From contig CATNEN010000039.1 in NCBI GenBank assembly GCA_950097015.1, positions 372,001 through 436,000 on the forward strand: DNA of 64,000 bases. Direction: 5' to 3'. This DNA is from Macrostomum hystrix (taxonomy: Eukaryota; Animalia; Platyhelminthes). The position numbers and the translations under genes are program-made. Shown here in pieces: positions 13,616 through 27,700 of this stretch. The notes beneath the pieces are model-generated. The model had not been told where the DNA came from, did no database searches, and was given only the letters and a program-made list of their open reading frames with translations. Position 1 is the stretch's first letter. Each line of letters opens with the position of its first letter.

Positions 13616-16600
13616 GCAATCACCTGCACGAGATGTGGCTTGGGCTTCATCGAGGAATTAAACGATGAAAGGTAAGTGGCCCACTGTTTAAGAGCCAGCT
13701 TTAGAGTCCCAGTGCACCTTGGAGTGGGAGCTTACACCCAATTGGCTAGAGTAGAGCCTCAGACTTCTGACTGTGGATCGTGAGTTCGAGTCAGAACCCT
13801 ATAGAAAAAATGGCATCCTCGAGAATGGAACTTAATTTACTTTGTGCTTCAGTTCGCAGAACTTTAAACGAGAATTTTAGACACCAGCATTTTCTGGGAC
13901 ACATTTTTATGGCAGATGCAGCTATCCCAGTCCATGGACTGCACACATATATATACACAGCCGCGCAGCAGCTGCACTGGCCCTCTCACACCATCTTGAG
14001 CGCTCCCTCTCCAGCCAGCAGGACCGCCTGCAGTCTGAAAGTCCCACAACTGGGGCCACGGGACACGAGTTGCGCGAACTGCTGCACGGACTGCACTTTC
14101 ACGAGCAGCCTGGGTCTCTGTTCAGCTTCGGCATGAACCGCATGATGAATTTTCTAGATAGCGGCGCCCTAGACCAGGTCATGACCCAGCTGCTAGGTCA
14201 GGTCGACGGTAGCGGTGGGGTGCCGCCTCCGGCCAGCCCCAGGCAGCTGGCTCTGATCAAGACAGCCAGTATCACTGAGGAGCAGGTGAGTAACATCCTG
14301 CGACCCGTAATCTGGCACAATGTCACACATACAGGTTTCTGGCAGTGGCATTCCTTGGCCCGAGAAAGCCTGATCGAGCCTGACCCAGCGGCTTATCCAG
14401 CCTGACCCAGCGACTTATCCAGCCTAGATAACAATGGCATCGAACAATTAAATTAATAATTTCTTGGGTAATTAGTCGCTATTCAGTACGTTTAATTGGA
14501 GTGGAGTCCCTTATCTCATTTTAAAATGTGAAAAGTCAGAGTAATAAGACCACTTCATTATTTCGGTTAAAATGTCCTTTATAAGTGTCCCCGTTGACTC
14601 CAAGTCTAAAGCATAAAATTCAATACTACTCAAAGTAAAAATTATCTAGAATGGGTAAAGTTAGAGCTCTGTCGCCTGAGTCATGTAGGAAAATCAGGAG
14701 TCAAGACCCTTTTTAACCAAGGAGTTTCTCAGCGTGCCATGGGCACGGGAAAGTAAAAAACCTGCATCTAGCAAGCACTCAGGCGCCTCAGCAGCACTGG
14801 CAGCACAGGCTATGCCCCAAGACCTGGCAGGGCACCGAAAACTGATCACCGACTGGATCGACGAATTGTGCGAATGCCCGAGTCCAACCGTCGGCTCACT
14901 GCTGTGGACATCAGCCGTGAACTGCTCCAATCCAGCAATGTCCAGTTGCACCCGATGACTGTTCACCGCCGCCTGTTAGCTGCTGGACTGCATGGCCGCA
15001 TCGCTAGGAAGTAGCCATTCAATCTCAATGAATGAATGATTCATTCAATGAACTGTGCAAAGCAGCATGCCAGCTGGACACCAGGGGACGGGACCAAAGT
15101 TATCTGGAGCGACGAGAGCAAGTTTTCCCGCACCAGTTCTGATGGCCGGTATGTGCGCCGCCGAGCTGGTGAGGAATTCGATCCCAGGTGCACCATTGGT
15201 ACCGTGAAGCATGGAGTTGGCAGTGTCATGGTGTGGGCTGCGTTCACCACAGTTAGACCTGGGCCAATAACTCGCATTGAGGGCATCATGAACAGTCAGC
15301 AGTACCATGACATCCTCAGCAGCCACCTACCAGAGGCAGTAGATGCACTGCCACTGAGTGCAGTGAACAGCTGGCAGTTTCAGCAGGGCAACGATCCCAA
15401 GCATACCTCCAAGGTTGTGAAGGCATGGCTTGCTGAGAACAACATCCGCACCATGGACTGGCCAGCGCAGTCACCAGACCTCGACCCGATTGAGAATCTA
15501 TGGAACAGGGTTGAGCGGGACATCCAGAGGCAGCAGCCTGCTTCCATTGACCAGCTGTACCGTATCATTAAGCACTCGTGGGCTGCCATCCCGCCAGAAG
15601 TGTGCCAGAAGCTGGTGGACAGCAAGCCTAGGCGGTGCCATGCTGTAATAAAGTCGAAAAGACACGCCACAAAGTATTAGAGAAGTTAGTTGTGTAATCA
15701 GCGACATTTGCTTTACTTATTTCCCTAATATTTACATGTGGTCTTATTTCAATGTCATGCTTTAAACTGTACTTCCCACTCAAATATCTGCTTTTTTAAC
15801 TAAAAACTGGTGAAAAGTGAACCCAAATACTCATATTATAAAACTAACTTAAAGTAATGTTCTAACAAGTTTTACTTTAAATTTGCTGCTTGAATTAAGC
15901 TTAAAGGACCAGTGTGGCTAAAATATAATTTTTTACTTGTTGGTCTTAATTCATTGTGCGCCACTGTATCTAGTCTGACCCAGCGACTTATCCAGCCTGA
16001 CCAGCCATCCCTCAAACCCGATCCAGCCAATCCTTAAACCCGATCCAGTCAATACTCAAACTCGAGCCAGCCAATCCTCAAACCCGATCTAGCCAATTCT
16101 CAAACCCGATCCAGTCAATACTCAAACTCGATCCAGTCAATTCTCGAACCCGATCCAGTAAATCCTTAAACCCGAGCCAGCCAATCCTCAAATCCGACCC
16201 AGCCAATCCTCAAACCCGATCCAGTCAATCCTCAAAACCGATCCAGCCAATCCTTAAACCCGACCCAGACATTTCTGGGGCGGGCCCAGCGACTCCTACA
16301 GACTGACTACAGACAGTTTCCTTGAGACCATAGACTCTAAAACTTCTCCTTCCTCGCTTGACCCACAGGTGAAGGAGGGTCTTCAGTGCTTTGTGTGTCT
16401 GGACGAGTTCAAGCTTGACACATCTGCTGAGGTTCTGCCGTGCCAGCACCATTTTCATCTACAGTGCATCCGACCCTGGCTGGAGAAGGTATACTAAAGC
16501 GCAATGAACCCCCGGTTTTCTAATCATTAGGCTACAGGGCTACGAAAACAGCGGTGATCTAGCATATAGCAACGGCAACTAATAACAATAAATAATAATT

Positions 16601-17236
16601 GCAGGAGAGCTGCGGGTAATGGCACATCATTTAATGATAGCAGATCCGCAGCCAGTGTAGAGACAATTATGCTTATTACGCTGACTCCTGAGCTCACACG
16701 CGCACAGATACCGTACGAAGGCACACACACAGGTGTGTACATCTGCCCTAACTTTTTGATTGCCAGGCAGTGTACACTCTCATTTTGCCTCGGTGGTTGG
16801 CGCTCAATGGCATAAGTTGGACAGCAAACCCCCAAGCCTTTTCTTCTCCCATCTCTCCAATATAAATGTGGCTTCACCACAGAGCTCAGGCTGGCATCTC
16901 TGTGCGAGCAGCAGGTACATTAACCGCTCTGCCACTCACCCCAGGGTGGTCCACTTGGCTTTGCTTTTCCTTATTTGCTGAATCCTTCGCCAAACGCAGC
17001 GCGGAACGTGCCCGGTGTGCCGCAAGCTCCTGGCGTCGCCCGATGACGAAGCTGACCCAGCCGGCACGGATGCCGAGGCTCCTATCGGCGCGGTAGGCGG
17101 CGGCGGCGGCGCCAGTATTTGGACTCATCCGATCCTCTTCAGTACGAGCCTTGGCGCATCTGATTCTGAGCCAGTCACTCAAAGCCTGCCCCTGCGTCGG
17201 CGCAGTCGAGACTACGTTGAGGACGACTGCGACTGA
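13616..17236 (+). CDS. RNF115/RNF126: RNF115/RNF126-like E3 ubiquitin ligase (zinc ribbon + RING-H2); first coding exon not located
   Basis: Exons: 13616-13671 (CTRCGLGFIEEL), 13961-14285 (LDQVMTQLLGQ..GVPPPAS), 16369-16488 (CFVCLDEF..LPCQHHFHLQCIRPWLEK), 17000-17236 (RGTCPVCRK..stop). All are GT-AG and in phase. AATAAA near 17723. Confidence 0.88.
13735..13800 (+). other. Possible degenerate tRNA-derived (SINE-head-like) sequence in intron
   Basis: CCCAATTGGCTAGAG...GACTTCTGA...GTGAGTTCGAGTC contains a box-B-like GTTCGAGTC and loosely resembles tRNA-Arg. No complete cloverleaf. Confidence 0.25.
14378..16265. repeat. ~22-bp minisatellite (CCTGACCCAGCGACTTATCCAG, then AAACCCGATCCAGCCAATCCTC) split by the Tc1 insertion
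   Basis: Units lie at 14378-14425 and resume at 15973-16265 on the other side of the Tc1. Confidence 0.8.
14431..15966 (+). mobile_element. Defective Tc1-family (DD34E) transposon in RNF intron
   Basis: ORF 15036-15680 has VIWSDESKF, FQQGNDPKH (second catalytic D changed to G) and SPDLDPIENLW. The upstream HTH part is frameshifted. Right end ...GCGCCACTG|TA; inner repeats AATAAGACCAC/GTGGTCTTATT; the left TIR is degenerate, so the left boundary is approximate. Confidence 0.9.
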
Positions 17237-18791
17237 GCAGCTGATGGGTCGCTTCTGTAACTGATTTTTGCTTATCTTCTTAGCTGCTGCTTTCATTTGA
17301 TTTCCCCGACACTCAGTGATTGCGTACATTAAGTACTTTGACAATGCCAACTCTCGAGCACAGCGACCATAGGTCTGGTGCAGGTCGCATGTTCTGCTAT
17401 GTATGCTGCAGAATATTCCCCGTAGTTTTTGTCCGTCAGTCCAGGCCTCTTCCTTCTCTCTTGTTCTGTTAATATGCTCACCTTTACCCCGGGCCGTACA
17501 TTTTTGTGAATTGGAAAATGCTTTATCCAGACTCTGCCTCAAAGCTCACTGAAATATTATTTTGCGCTAGCTTTTAGGGCGAAATACTGCTAACTTGGGA
17601 CACCATTTCACGATAAAACTTGCATCTTAATGCCCATGATCGTAAGTTCTGATCCTGCGGCACTGGATATAATCTAAATAGCGATATGGGTGTCTCTGAG
17701 TTTAATTTTTTTATCCCAGAAGCAATAAATAGAACTCGTGGTTTCGTGTGCAGTTTCGTATGTCAAAGCTTGTCTTCGACTTCTACTACTGTATATAAAT
17801 TCTATCCTACGTTATATACTCAAACATTTACTGCCGTCTCTATTAAACGCTATTTAAAAGGCTGATGCGATATAACGTACATTGTTGGATATACATATAA
17901 TATAATCATAGCACAGAAAGTGTAATACAAGTTGTAATTACGCCTCTATGTATTCTCTATGTACTCTCTTGTACTCTATTGTCTAAAAAGAATCGACATG
18001 GTAAGAGAGTGAGAAAAACGTCGCGGAATACTCTAGGTACTTGATGATAGATGTCTGTCACAATTATGTGAAAGATGACTGTTTACGTGCAGGGATATCA
18101 AAAATTTACTTGCTGTAAACACAATCAAGTTGCTGAAATTACAGTCTGATTGAAATCGAGTGGCTAGTCCATTTCCCGATTTTCAAATGATAAATAAAAA
18201 ATCAAATATAACACTGGCTACGCATTTCAGAACAAAGTCTGTATATAGTTTAAGTTTTTTGATTTGTTAAAATATTCAGAAACGAAAATGGGCAAAATTT
18301 GAAATTTAGAACGAAATCTACAAATTTGTGCAATAATCGTCATGCTATCATTGGCTAGGTAGTGTGGTGCCGGACATTTAATAGGCATTGATTCTTTACT
18401 TTAGGCGTGTAATCTTCACGTCGTTTGTAGTAATCTGAGAATTATTGTGTAACTTACGCTTTTACGCGATGTCAGTAGTTAATTAAATTATTATATTTTA
18501 TAAATATAAGACAACATTCCAAAGAGACCAACTTAAAGTGGCTTTGTTCATCTACATAAGTCCTAAGACTATAATTTTTTAACCCTGCCTGCTTTGTTCG
18601 ATTTAGAACATCATAATTATAGTATACAGTTACAAAATGGATTGACAATCTATTGTCATAGTTTTTTATTTTAAAGTTTAGCTAGCAATAACAAAGCAGT
18701 TTTTAAATTTTAAAGAAAGAGAAAAATTTAAGCATACCACTACACAACACTATTGTGTTCTAATTTTAAATTAGCTAGTGTGGTGCCTGCA

Positions 18792-21700
18792 ATGTCTGAC
18801 ACACAGCAAATTGAGCAATATGTAAGTCAAATAAAAGTGTTCCAAATCTTTATCTTACTTTATATATATATTATATTGCTAGAAACTAGTGATAGGCCTA
18901 GGCCCATAGTAAAACTTACAAGAAAATTACACCCTTGTTTAGTATCAAGGAATAGCATTATCTAAACCTATTTAGATTAGAGTTGCTTTATGATTTTTAG
19001 GTCACTAACTGGCTAGCTATTGTGGTGCAAAAAAATTGTAAATGTTTTTCTTTTTATGCTTAGCTTTTACAATATTGTGATTAGTGTTTGATAATTTTTG
19101 TTGCTACAGTTTATTTGCTACTATAATTATTTAGTAGCTTTTTCCTATTATTATTACTACTAGCTTTTTTGCCTGTTGCTTTTGGGGCAGAAATTTAAAG
19201 CAAAGCAGTAAGCAATTCACGTCTCTGTATTAACTTTATAGTGAAGGTCACCATTTATTTATTTACTGCATTAATGAAAAGTGAAGAGTTTGTTTTAGGG
19301 CGTTTTTAGTAAAAAAATAAGTGAAAAGTTTGTCTAAACAGCCCCCTCTTGATTACTTCTTTAGAAACATGTCTCTTAGCCACTCCTCTATACAGTCAGT
19401 GGCAGATCCAGGAATTTTGTTTTGGGGCAGTCTGTCAAGGGAGCGCCATGATAATCACAGAGGGGGTGCCAGCGGCAGAAAAAGGGCGCCAGGAGCCAAG
19501 AAAGGGCGCCAGCGGCTGAAAAACGGGAGCCAGCGGCTGAAAAAGGGGTGCCAGCGGCTGAAAAGGGGTGCCAGTGCTGCGACTGGCGCCCCTGGTGGGG
19601 GCATCTTATTCCCATGATTAAAATTTAGGGGGCGACTGCCCCCCCGCCCCCCCTAAATCTGCCTCTGTATACAGTATGCATGTACACGCGTATACATAAG
19701 GAAAATAGCCATGGCATAACAATGACAATGTCAAAGAAACAAAATTAAACTATTTCAGAGTTCAGAGTTAGACAGGTCAAGGTCAATTCGTGACTACTTT
19801 TCTATTAAGTAGTCAGTCTGGTCTCTGTCCAGTTCTTGGCGCTGCTGTGTCTGGACTGCAGTCTCATTGCGACGGGCCTCGGCAGTCCGGTCTCTGTTCT
19901 GTTCTTGGCGCTGCTGTGTCTGGACTGCAGTCTCATTGCGACGGGCCTCGGCAGTTCGCTCTCTGTTCTGTTCTTGGCGCTGCTGTGTCTGGACTGCAGT
20001 CTCATTGCGACGGGCCTCGGCAGTTCGCTCTCTGTTAAGCTCTCGTCGCCTATCTACGTCTCTGCCGTGACTGGCTGTAGAACTTATTGCAGCTTCAGCA
20101 CTGCTTCCACTGGTGCCTGATGTCTGTGCTCTTGTCCGAGGTCGAAGGTTGAAGGTTGAAGGTCGAAGGTCGAAGGTCGAAGGCTGGACTGGCTCAGCTT
20201 CATTTTCACTTGAAGCTGCTTGTGGCTATGCTGAGGTGCTTGGTCTTGGTGCTGCTGTTGTTGCGCCGTCTTCTACTGCATCGTTTGGCCTTGCTGTTGC
20301 TCGTCGAGCTGCTTTAGTCAAGCGACTTAAAAAACTTTTCTTAGGTGGCATCTGAAAGTTAGAAGTAGTCCAAATGACAGGGAACCTGTGTTGAAAAATC
20401 TTTCTCTTCTCTTTAGTGGGAGAGGCTAAGCCTCTGTATATTTTAGCAAAGCACTGTACGCCAGCCTCTCTTTCTAGAGGCTGGCTGGAGAGAAATATCG
20501 ACAGGAGAGCCCTGCATACTGGGACGCCACCGCACTCACCGCACTCAGTCTCAGTGCTGCTTGGGGGCCAGTAGACAGTCTAGGGGTTTGGGCTGTGTAC
20601 ATTCACGGCTTGAAATACAATGTACAGTCTGGGGCTTCGGCACCCGGGGAATGGAGAGGGTGGCTGTAATAAAATTTGGCCTGCAGAGTGGCGGAGGGGA
20701 GTTGGGGTGGCTGTCCTTGGAAAACAAAAAGTGACTCACTTTGAGATGATGCAGCTTTGCTCTGGGTTGAGTAGAGATGTTCAAAATTGACAGCATTGTT
20801 GGAAAACATGTAAAGTGTAAGTGGATCAAATTTGGAGAAAATCTGACAAAGTGGGGCGACGATATGTCAAATTGAGTGCATTTTTGACGATTTTTGAGCA
20901 GTTTTTTGCACTTTTGAGCAGGAAGGAAATGATTTTTCGGGAATTTGAGTAGCCTATTGCACTCAGCGTAGGTGGTTTTAGGTATGTGCAAAGTTTGGTG
21001 CGATTTGGTTGAGCGGTTTCGGCGTCTATATAGACAAAAGGTTGCACACACACAGACAGAGTTTTCACTTTTATATATATAGATTAGGCAGTTGTTATTT
21101 GACCAGTTAACCGGACAAATAGCCATTTGATTATTCGTCCAGTTAACCGAGTTATAACTTATAACTAAGTTATAAGGGGGTTGTAGCGCTACCAAGAGAA
21201 CCTCTATCATTTGTAAGATAAAATAATTAACAAGCTGCAAAAGGACAGTCATTCAGATTTGAAGTTTGTGTCTCAAATTATTTTCGCTTATCAGCTAATT
21301 AAAAAAATTAAAACCTTTTCCAGAAATTTGGTTGTTTCAGGGACTAACAGTTCAAGGGTATAGTTTGGTCTTTGTTAGGTCAAGACTCAAGATGGCTCTC
21401 AGCAGGGCAAGAGTGGTCTTTGGGAGGATCATTGCTCCTGCTCGTTGAAAGGGGAGAAATTAAGTCCTTGGGTAGTTAACCGGTAACAAATCAAATGGCT
21501 ATTTGTCCGGTTAACCAGACAAATATCAACTACCTTATTATTATCTTATGTAATAGCTATTGAAGTTAGCTATTATTCTAGATAATATAGGTCTGCTAAA
21601 AATCTTATAAGCATTTTTTACAAAGCTACTAGCCAGTTATCTATGTTGATATGTGTTGATTGTAGGTTTTGTCTAACCATTATAAAATTATAGACCAACA

Positions 21701-24700
21701 AATACAAGGGTTGTTTCAAAAGTTTGTGGACAAACATGAGCTATTATTAAACAAGCAACAAAACTGGAAACCTTAGCCATCAACCTTTTCAATTTATGTG
21801 CCCTTGAGGCCCTTGTGCCAGCACTCTGGTAGCTTCTCAATCCCTGCAACAAAAAATTATTTGGGGGTACTTCTGACCCCCTGGCTGATAGCAGAGGCAA
21901 GGGCCTCTATGCTGCCATAATCGTGACCTTGGAGTGACACGTTCATCTGCCTAACCAGCCTGTAGTTGCTTGGTGCTAGGTCTAGCAAATAGGGTGCGTA
22001 TGGTCGGAGCTCGAAACCTAGGCAGGAGATAGCAGCCATTGTTGCTTGGCTTGTGTGGGGCCTGGCATTGTCCTGCTGTAGCAGGATTCCCCTGGTCAAC
22101 ATGCCCTGGCACTTAGTCTTAATGGCTTTGCGCAATTTCTCTAGCACTTGGATATAATAAGCACTGGTAATGGTAGTGCCACATGAAAGCCAGTCAATGA
22201 GCAGGATGCCCTCCTTGTTCCAGAAGACAAGTGGCCATCTGCTTTCTAGCCAATGGTTCAGCCAGGGCCTTCACTGGGGTGGGCTCTCCAGCTGCCTTCT
22301 AGATGCTGCTCTACATCTTGGACTCTGGCTCACTGTAATGGATCCACAACTTCTCCCCAGTCAAAATTTGATCCAAAAAGTTCAGGTTGTTTGGATAGGC
22401 CAACAGGAGCTGCTGACATGCATGGACCCACTTGCGCTGCTCTTCATCTGTCAGAAGCTTTGGGACCCAATGAGCAACCACTCGTGACATCCCAAGCTTG
22501 GCAGTCAAAATGTTGTGGACTTCTGTGGGTGATTTAGCCACATTCTGTGTAAGTTCACGCATGGTAATCTGCAGTCAACATCCAGTGCCTGATGCACTTG
22601 CTTGATGCTGAACATGTTGACCATGGTGGCTGGACTCCCACTGCAGGGCGGATCTTTGACTGTCTCCCACCCATCCTCAGAGCGCTGCACCCACTTGCTG
22701 ACCATCGACTTCGAGGGAGCACCTTAACCATATGCTACATGCAACTTGCAAACAATGTCGGCCTGTTGCTTCCATTCTTTCAACAAGAACCAAATTATGC
22801 TTCTCTTGGCTTCTTTGTTTTTCATAGTGCAAAAAACTATAGGTAGCTTAAATGACTGGTGTAAAAAAGAACATTAAGCATATTTTAAAAGTTATGGGAC
22901 ATAAGTGCTGTCAATGGCCTAAAGTATGGTGACTTGACAGCTTTTTGTTTGAAAAAATATATTTGTCCACAAACTTTCGGAACAACCCTCAAATGAAGCT
23001 ATAGTTGCTAAAAATTGGAGTATTTTTTAGTTATTCGTTTTCAGTAATAACTAACAATCCTCTTAAATCCCGAAAAAGGCCTTTAAATTGGTAAAATTTC
23101 AGAGCAATATGACATGGACAATATTTGTAGTAATTTTTTGAATTCACATATTTTCTGTGCTTTATACACTATTTGCATTTAGATTATCTCTGAGAAAAGA
23201 GGACTGATGCTGTAAAAGAAACTGTTCTTTGAAGTAAATAAAGCACATTTGCCAAATTTACCTTTATTAGAGTTGAATAAGTGGTTTAGAATTTTTGAAG
23301 GAAGCATTCGACCATCATCAAACTGTACTAAATCTCTAAGATTTGATAGGTATTTTAGTTCATAATATTCATGAATGCCAGAAAAAAATTTTCAAGCTTG
23401 GTTTTAAAACCAAGCAAGATTATGTGGAAAAAATTGCTTAAAAATTTAGTTTTAAAATTAAAAAATGCTTAATAATTTCTAACATGGTTTTAAGATCTAT
23501 TTTGTTTATTCTTTTATTTTTTAGAGCTCCCCAGATGAGTTAGCAAGGATACTAAAGCTGTTTGATGGTTGTCAAGAGTTCGACATCTTTGAGACTACAG
23601 TTCAATCTGCAGAAGATAAATGGAAAAGCAAGCTCGACAATGCTTCCGAATTTCGTCTGTGCAGGATGCGCTTTGATTGTGGATCATATCCTGTCGCTAT
23701 TCCAGAGATTATCATCAACAATCTTGAGTGCATTCGGCTGACTTCCAGAGTCACAAATGCCCTTCAAGACGAGCGTATAGTCGTTCGCATTACCAGTCGC
23801 CAGTCATCGAGCTCTCGGATTGCAGACGGTGTTATTGAAGGTCGATATTGTGTTGACGAGAAGTACAGTATGCTGTCTAAGTCCAAAATAGACAAACTGA
23901 TGGCACGCAAGCCGCGAAATTTCCGAGTGTGCCAGCTGGAGCTACAGGGCTCGCAGCAAGGCTGGGCGACTCCGCTTGAACTCGCTGACGAATTAGAGAA
24001 AATTGAGCTCAAGGGTCGAACAAACTGCGGCAGGGCCTGTCAGGGCGACACTGTGCTCGTCGAAGTCCTCGACAAAGACGAAGACAATTCGCGGCTTGGT
24101 CATGGCAGAGTTGTTGGCGTTCTTAAACAACACGAGAAACTTGTGTACAAGTTGTTCATTTGCGAAATTATCTATGATGATGGTTCATTCATGCGCCCGC
24201 TCTGTAACAGCTTTCCGAAGATAGGATACGACAACAAGCACGCGCGTGTCTGGTACAGAGAGCAGTACGAGCGTTCCGTCATGCCAAACCAGCGCTTTCA
24301 GAACCGCAGGGCCGTTGGTGTTCAAAGTCGTGATGAAAAGCTCATGGAGGACGTCGAGAAATATGCGAACCTGCATTTTGTGTCCGTCTACAATCCACGT
24401 AAAAAAATTGTTGACAGTGTAGAGAATGCAAAGGATCAAAAGAAGAGCAAGAAGGTCCCGAGCAAAAGAGCTAATGATTGGCAAAGCAAATTTCAGTTTG
24501 ATTTTACTCCTTATGGCAAGCCCTTGCACGTTCAAAAGCACAACTGCAACATGCTCTTCGTTGTTTGCTATCTAGGCTGGAGTGTTAATCAGTTCTATCC
24601 TTCTGGAAAAGTAGTTCACGTGTTTGATCGTGTCGATTCACTACAAAGCACTTTGGAAGTTCTGCTACTCAAGCATTCTCTTCCACGAAAGGTGATTGAA

Positions 24701-27700
24701 ACACCAGCTGTCAAGCGTGATCTTGAGAAGATTAGGGCTATTGCAGCTGACAATTCTGATCATGCAAAGCGACGTGATTTTAGAAGTCATTTTACTATTA
24801 CAATTGATAATCCCGACACGAAAGACATGGACGATGCGATCAGCTTTCAGTACAATCAACAAACAAGAGTGGCACTCATCGGTATTCACATAACTGATGT
24901 GAGCCATTACATTGAGAAGGGCTCACACTTGGACAAACTTAGTCGAAATAGAGTTGTAACTATTTATCCACCTAGGATCGCCAAGCAAGCTGGAGTCACT
25001 CCAAATTATTTATTTCCTGGTGAATTATCAGAATCGCTTTTAAGCCTTGTTGAAGGCAAAGACAGGCGTTGTCTATCGGCGATTTTTGAATTCAAGCGGG
25101 ATGTGACAGGCGAGTGGGACCTTCGTAGACGTACCCCAGCAATGACTCTTATTAAAAGCAACCACCGACTGAACAAGGATACAGTCCATGAGATTCTGCT
25201 CGGCAGAGTGCCTGACTCTGTTGGTCCTCATTCTGAGGAGCTGATTGCAACTCTCCGATATTTATGGAGTATCGCTAAAGAGCTAAGAATCCACCGAATG
25301 GGTTCTGCGGCATTTGTTCTACGAGACGATGTGGATGATGAGGAATCAGCTATCGGTGACAAGTTTGAGGCAAGCGCCCTAGTGGAAGAATTCATGGTCC
25401 TTGCAAATCGAACTGTTGGCGAGTTTCTTGCTTCAAGCAAGTATCTGGAACCATTTGTAAACCGTGTTCAGCCGCCTCCACGTGAAGTTGATGTTGGAAT
25501 TTGGCGCGATAAATTCGAGTTTTCTGTTCTGCAATCGGCCGATCTTTCAAGGCAATTTCGAAATCTTCAGCTGACATTCGATGATGCTCATGTTCCAAGT
25601 CAAAACATTAGAATTTTTAGAGAAGATGCCCGACTTTTGCAAGAATTTTGCTCGCGGGATCCTAGGAGCACTCTTTTGATGTTGTTTTCTGAGACTAGGT
25701 TCCCTTACTTATTTTTGGCTATTTCCGACTGGCACAAAATATCGCGACCAGCAAGTTATGTTGAATTCAAGTCCCATTCGTCACACCTGCACAACGATTT
25801 AAATATAGAAAATTATGTGCATTTTACAAGTCCGCTTCGCCGATATCCGGATATTCTTGTCCACCGTGCACTGCGAGCTCAGCTTGAAGCCCATATCCAA
25901 GGAAAAGTTGAGTCTATTGAAGACCTGGCTGAGTACATGAACTGTATGGTACAAAGAAGTAGGCGTTTTGAGAAGGACGGTAAATGTTTTGAGTTCGCCG
26001 AATTAAACAGAAGCAAACCGCAGTGCTTGCTTTCTGTAATCAGAGAGATGTCTGAGGATGAAATAGTTTTTACCAGCTCATCAACAGAATTCTTGCCTTC
26101 TTTGTCCAAGACTATTCCTCTGCGATTCCTAAGTTTAGATGCTAAACCTGCTTTGGAAAACAGCTGCATGCGACTTCGTTGGAAGAAAAAGATTTTTTGT
26201 CACCCAAGTTCCGAAAGATGGTACTCTTTTATTGAACATGGAATTCAGCCAAACAAAAAGCACGAAGTTTTTGTTTCTAATGTCCAATACTTTCATTTTG
26301 TGGACTTTTCATGCGCTAAAAACTTAAAGGATCAGCTGTTGCTTCACCAAGGAAACTACGACGATGTTAGGCAATACTGCACAAGCTCTGCTGAAAGAAT
26401 TGTGCAGAAGCCAGAATGTGGGAATATCGCGCAGACATTTTTCGTTAGTTCCGAATCAAAGCTGCAGGAGAACTCCATCATAAACAATAGCAGCCACATC
26501 ATCAAAGAAGTTCGGATTGGCGACGTTATGAAAGTACAATTTTACAACGTCATGAACAGCGGGCTCCTCTCCCCGACAATGCAGCTAATTGAATTATGTG
26601 ATACAATCGACATGTGCACAGCCCATAGAATGCGACCAGTAGCATCGTTTGAGAGGATTGCGAATGAGGCCAGCTTAACATCATATCGTGATACGCAGCA
26701 TTACGCTGAAGTTTGGCTTCCGATTGTCGCCATGGAGTCTGCGACCGTGGCTGCTGCGGCTGATGATTCGTTTGTTGTCCATGATGTAGAACTTCAGTGG
26801 CGTTGGGATGACAAAAACAAAAGACACTTAGGATTATTTTGTCTGACTGAACAGTTTTGCCAGAACAGACTAATCAGATTCTCAGATTCGGTCTATTATG
26901 ATCCACGACGCAAAGAAAAGCTAGAAGACCATTCAATCACAAGATCAGCTATAGACCCAACTGATGAAGCTTTCAGAATCGCTGAATCTATCCAGACACT
27001 GCGCTTTGCCGAATACGTCTGTCTTCGCTCCAAGCGTGATTCGTATACTTGGATCGGTCACGGCGGTATTGTTTCAGTGTACGTCTGTCCACACACTGGG
27101 TCCGTTATGTGTGGAGCGCCTAATGTTCACATTTGCCGATTTATCGTATTTTATTTAAACGAGATTTCGTCTGACAAGAGCACACCACCAGAAAGTCTCA
27201 AGCAAGCCTCTGTGGAGATTATCTACAAGTTTTTGCCATCAAGACGGCAAGAAATTGCTCTTCAGAAACTTGTCGACGTCGAGAAATTTGATTTGGCCAG
27301 TCGGCTAATTATTTTGGAGAGTGAGAGACAGCGGCGTGATACAGGTAGTTTTATTCTTTATGTTTCAGTAAATAATTTGTAATGTGTGCATTTAATAAAT
27401 AATAATTTAGCCTTTAATAAATAATTATTAAAGGCTAATACGCTATTTTTTTAAGAAAGAACTACGAGCTTTTTTGTTTTTTTCAGTCGGAGACTGGACC
27501 ATCTACTTAAGACACTTGCAAAGCTGTGGCATTCACCGATACGTAATTCGTCTTCCCTGTGAAAACGAGCTCAGAAGTACTGAAATAATTCCATGTAACG
27601 AGAGTCAAGAGAGAGCGATCTCCAGAGCAATGACGGAGCCTGTTACTCTAATCTGGGGACCACCAGGTTTGTTAATGATTATGATCTGCGAAAAAAATAA

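Noticed and set aside
23666-27382. Horizontal transfer of a bacterial RNase R/II
   Set aside because: The exon splices in phase to a eukaryotic UPF1-like helicase and matches the HELZ2 domain order.
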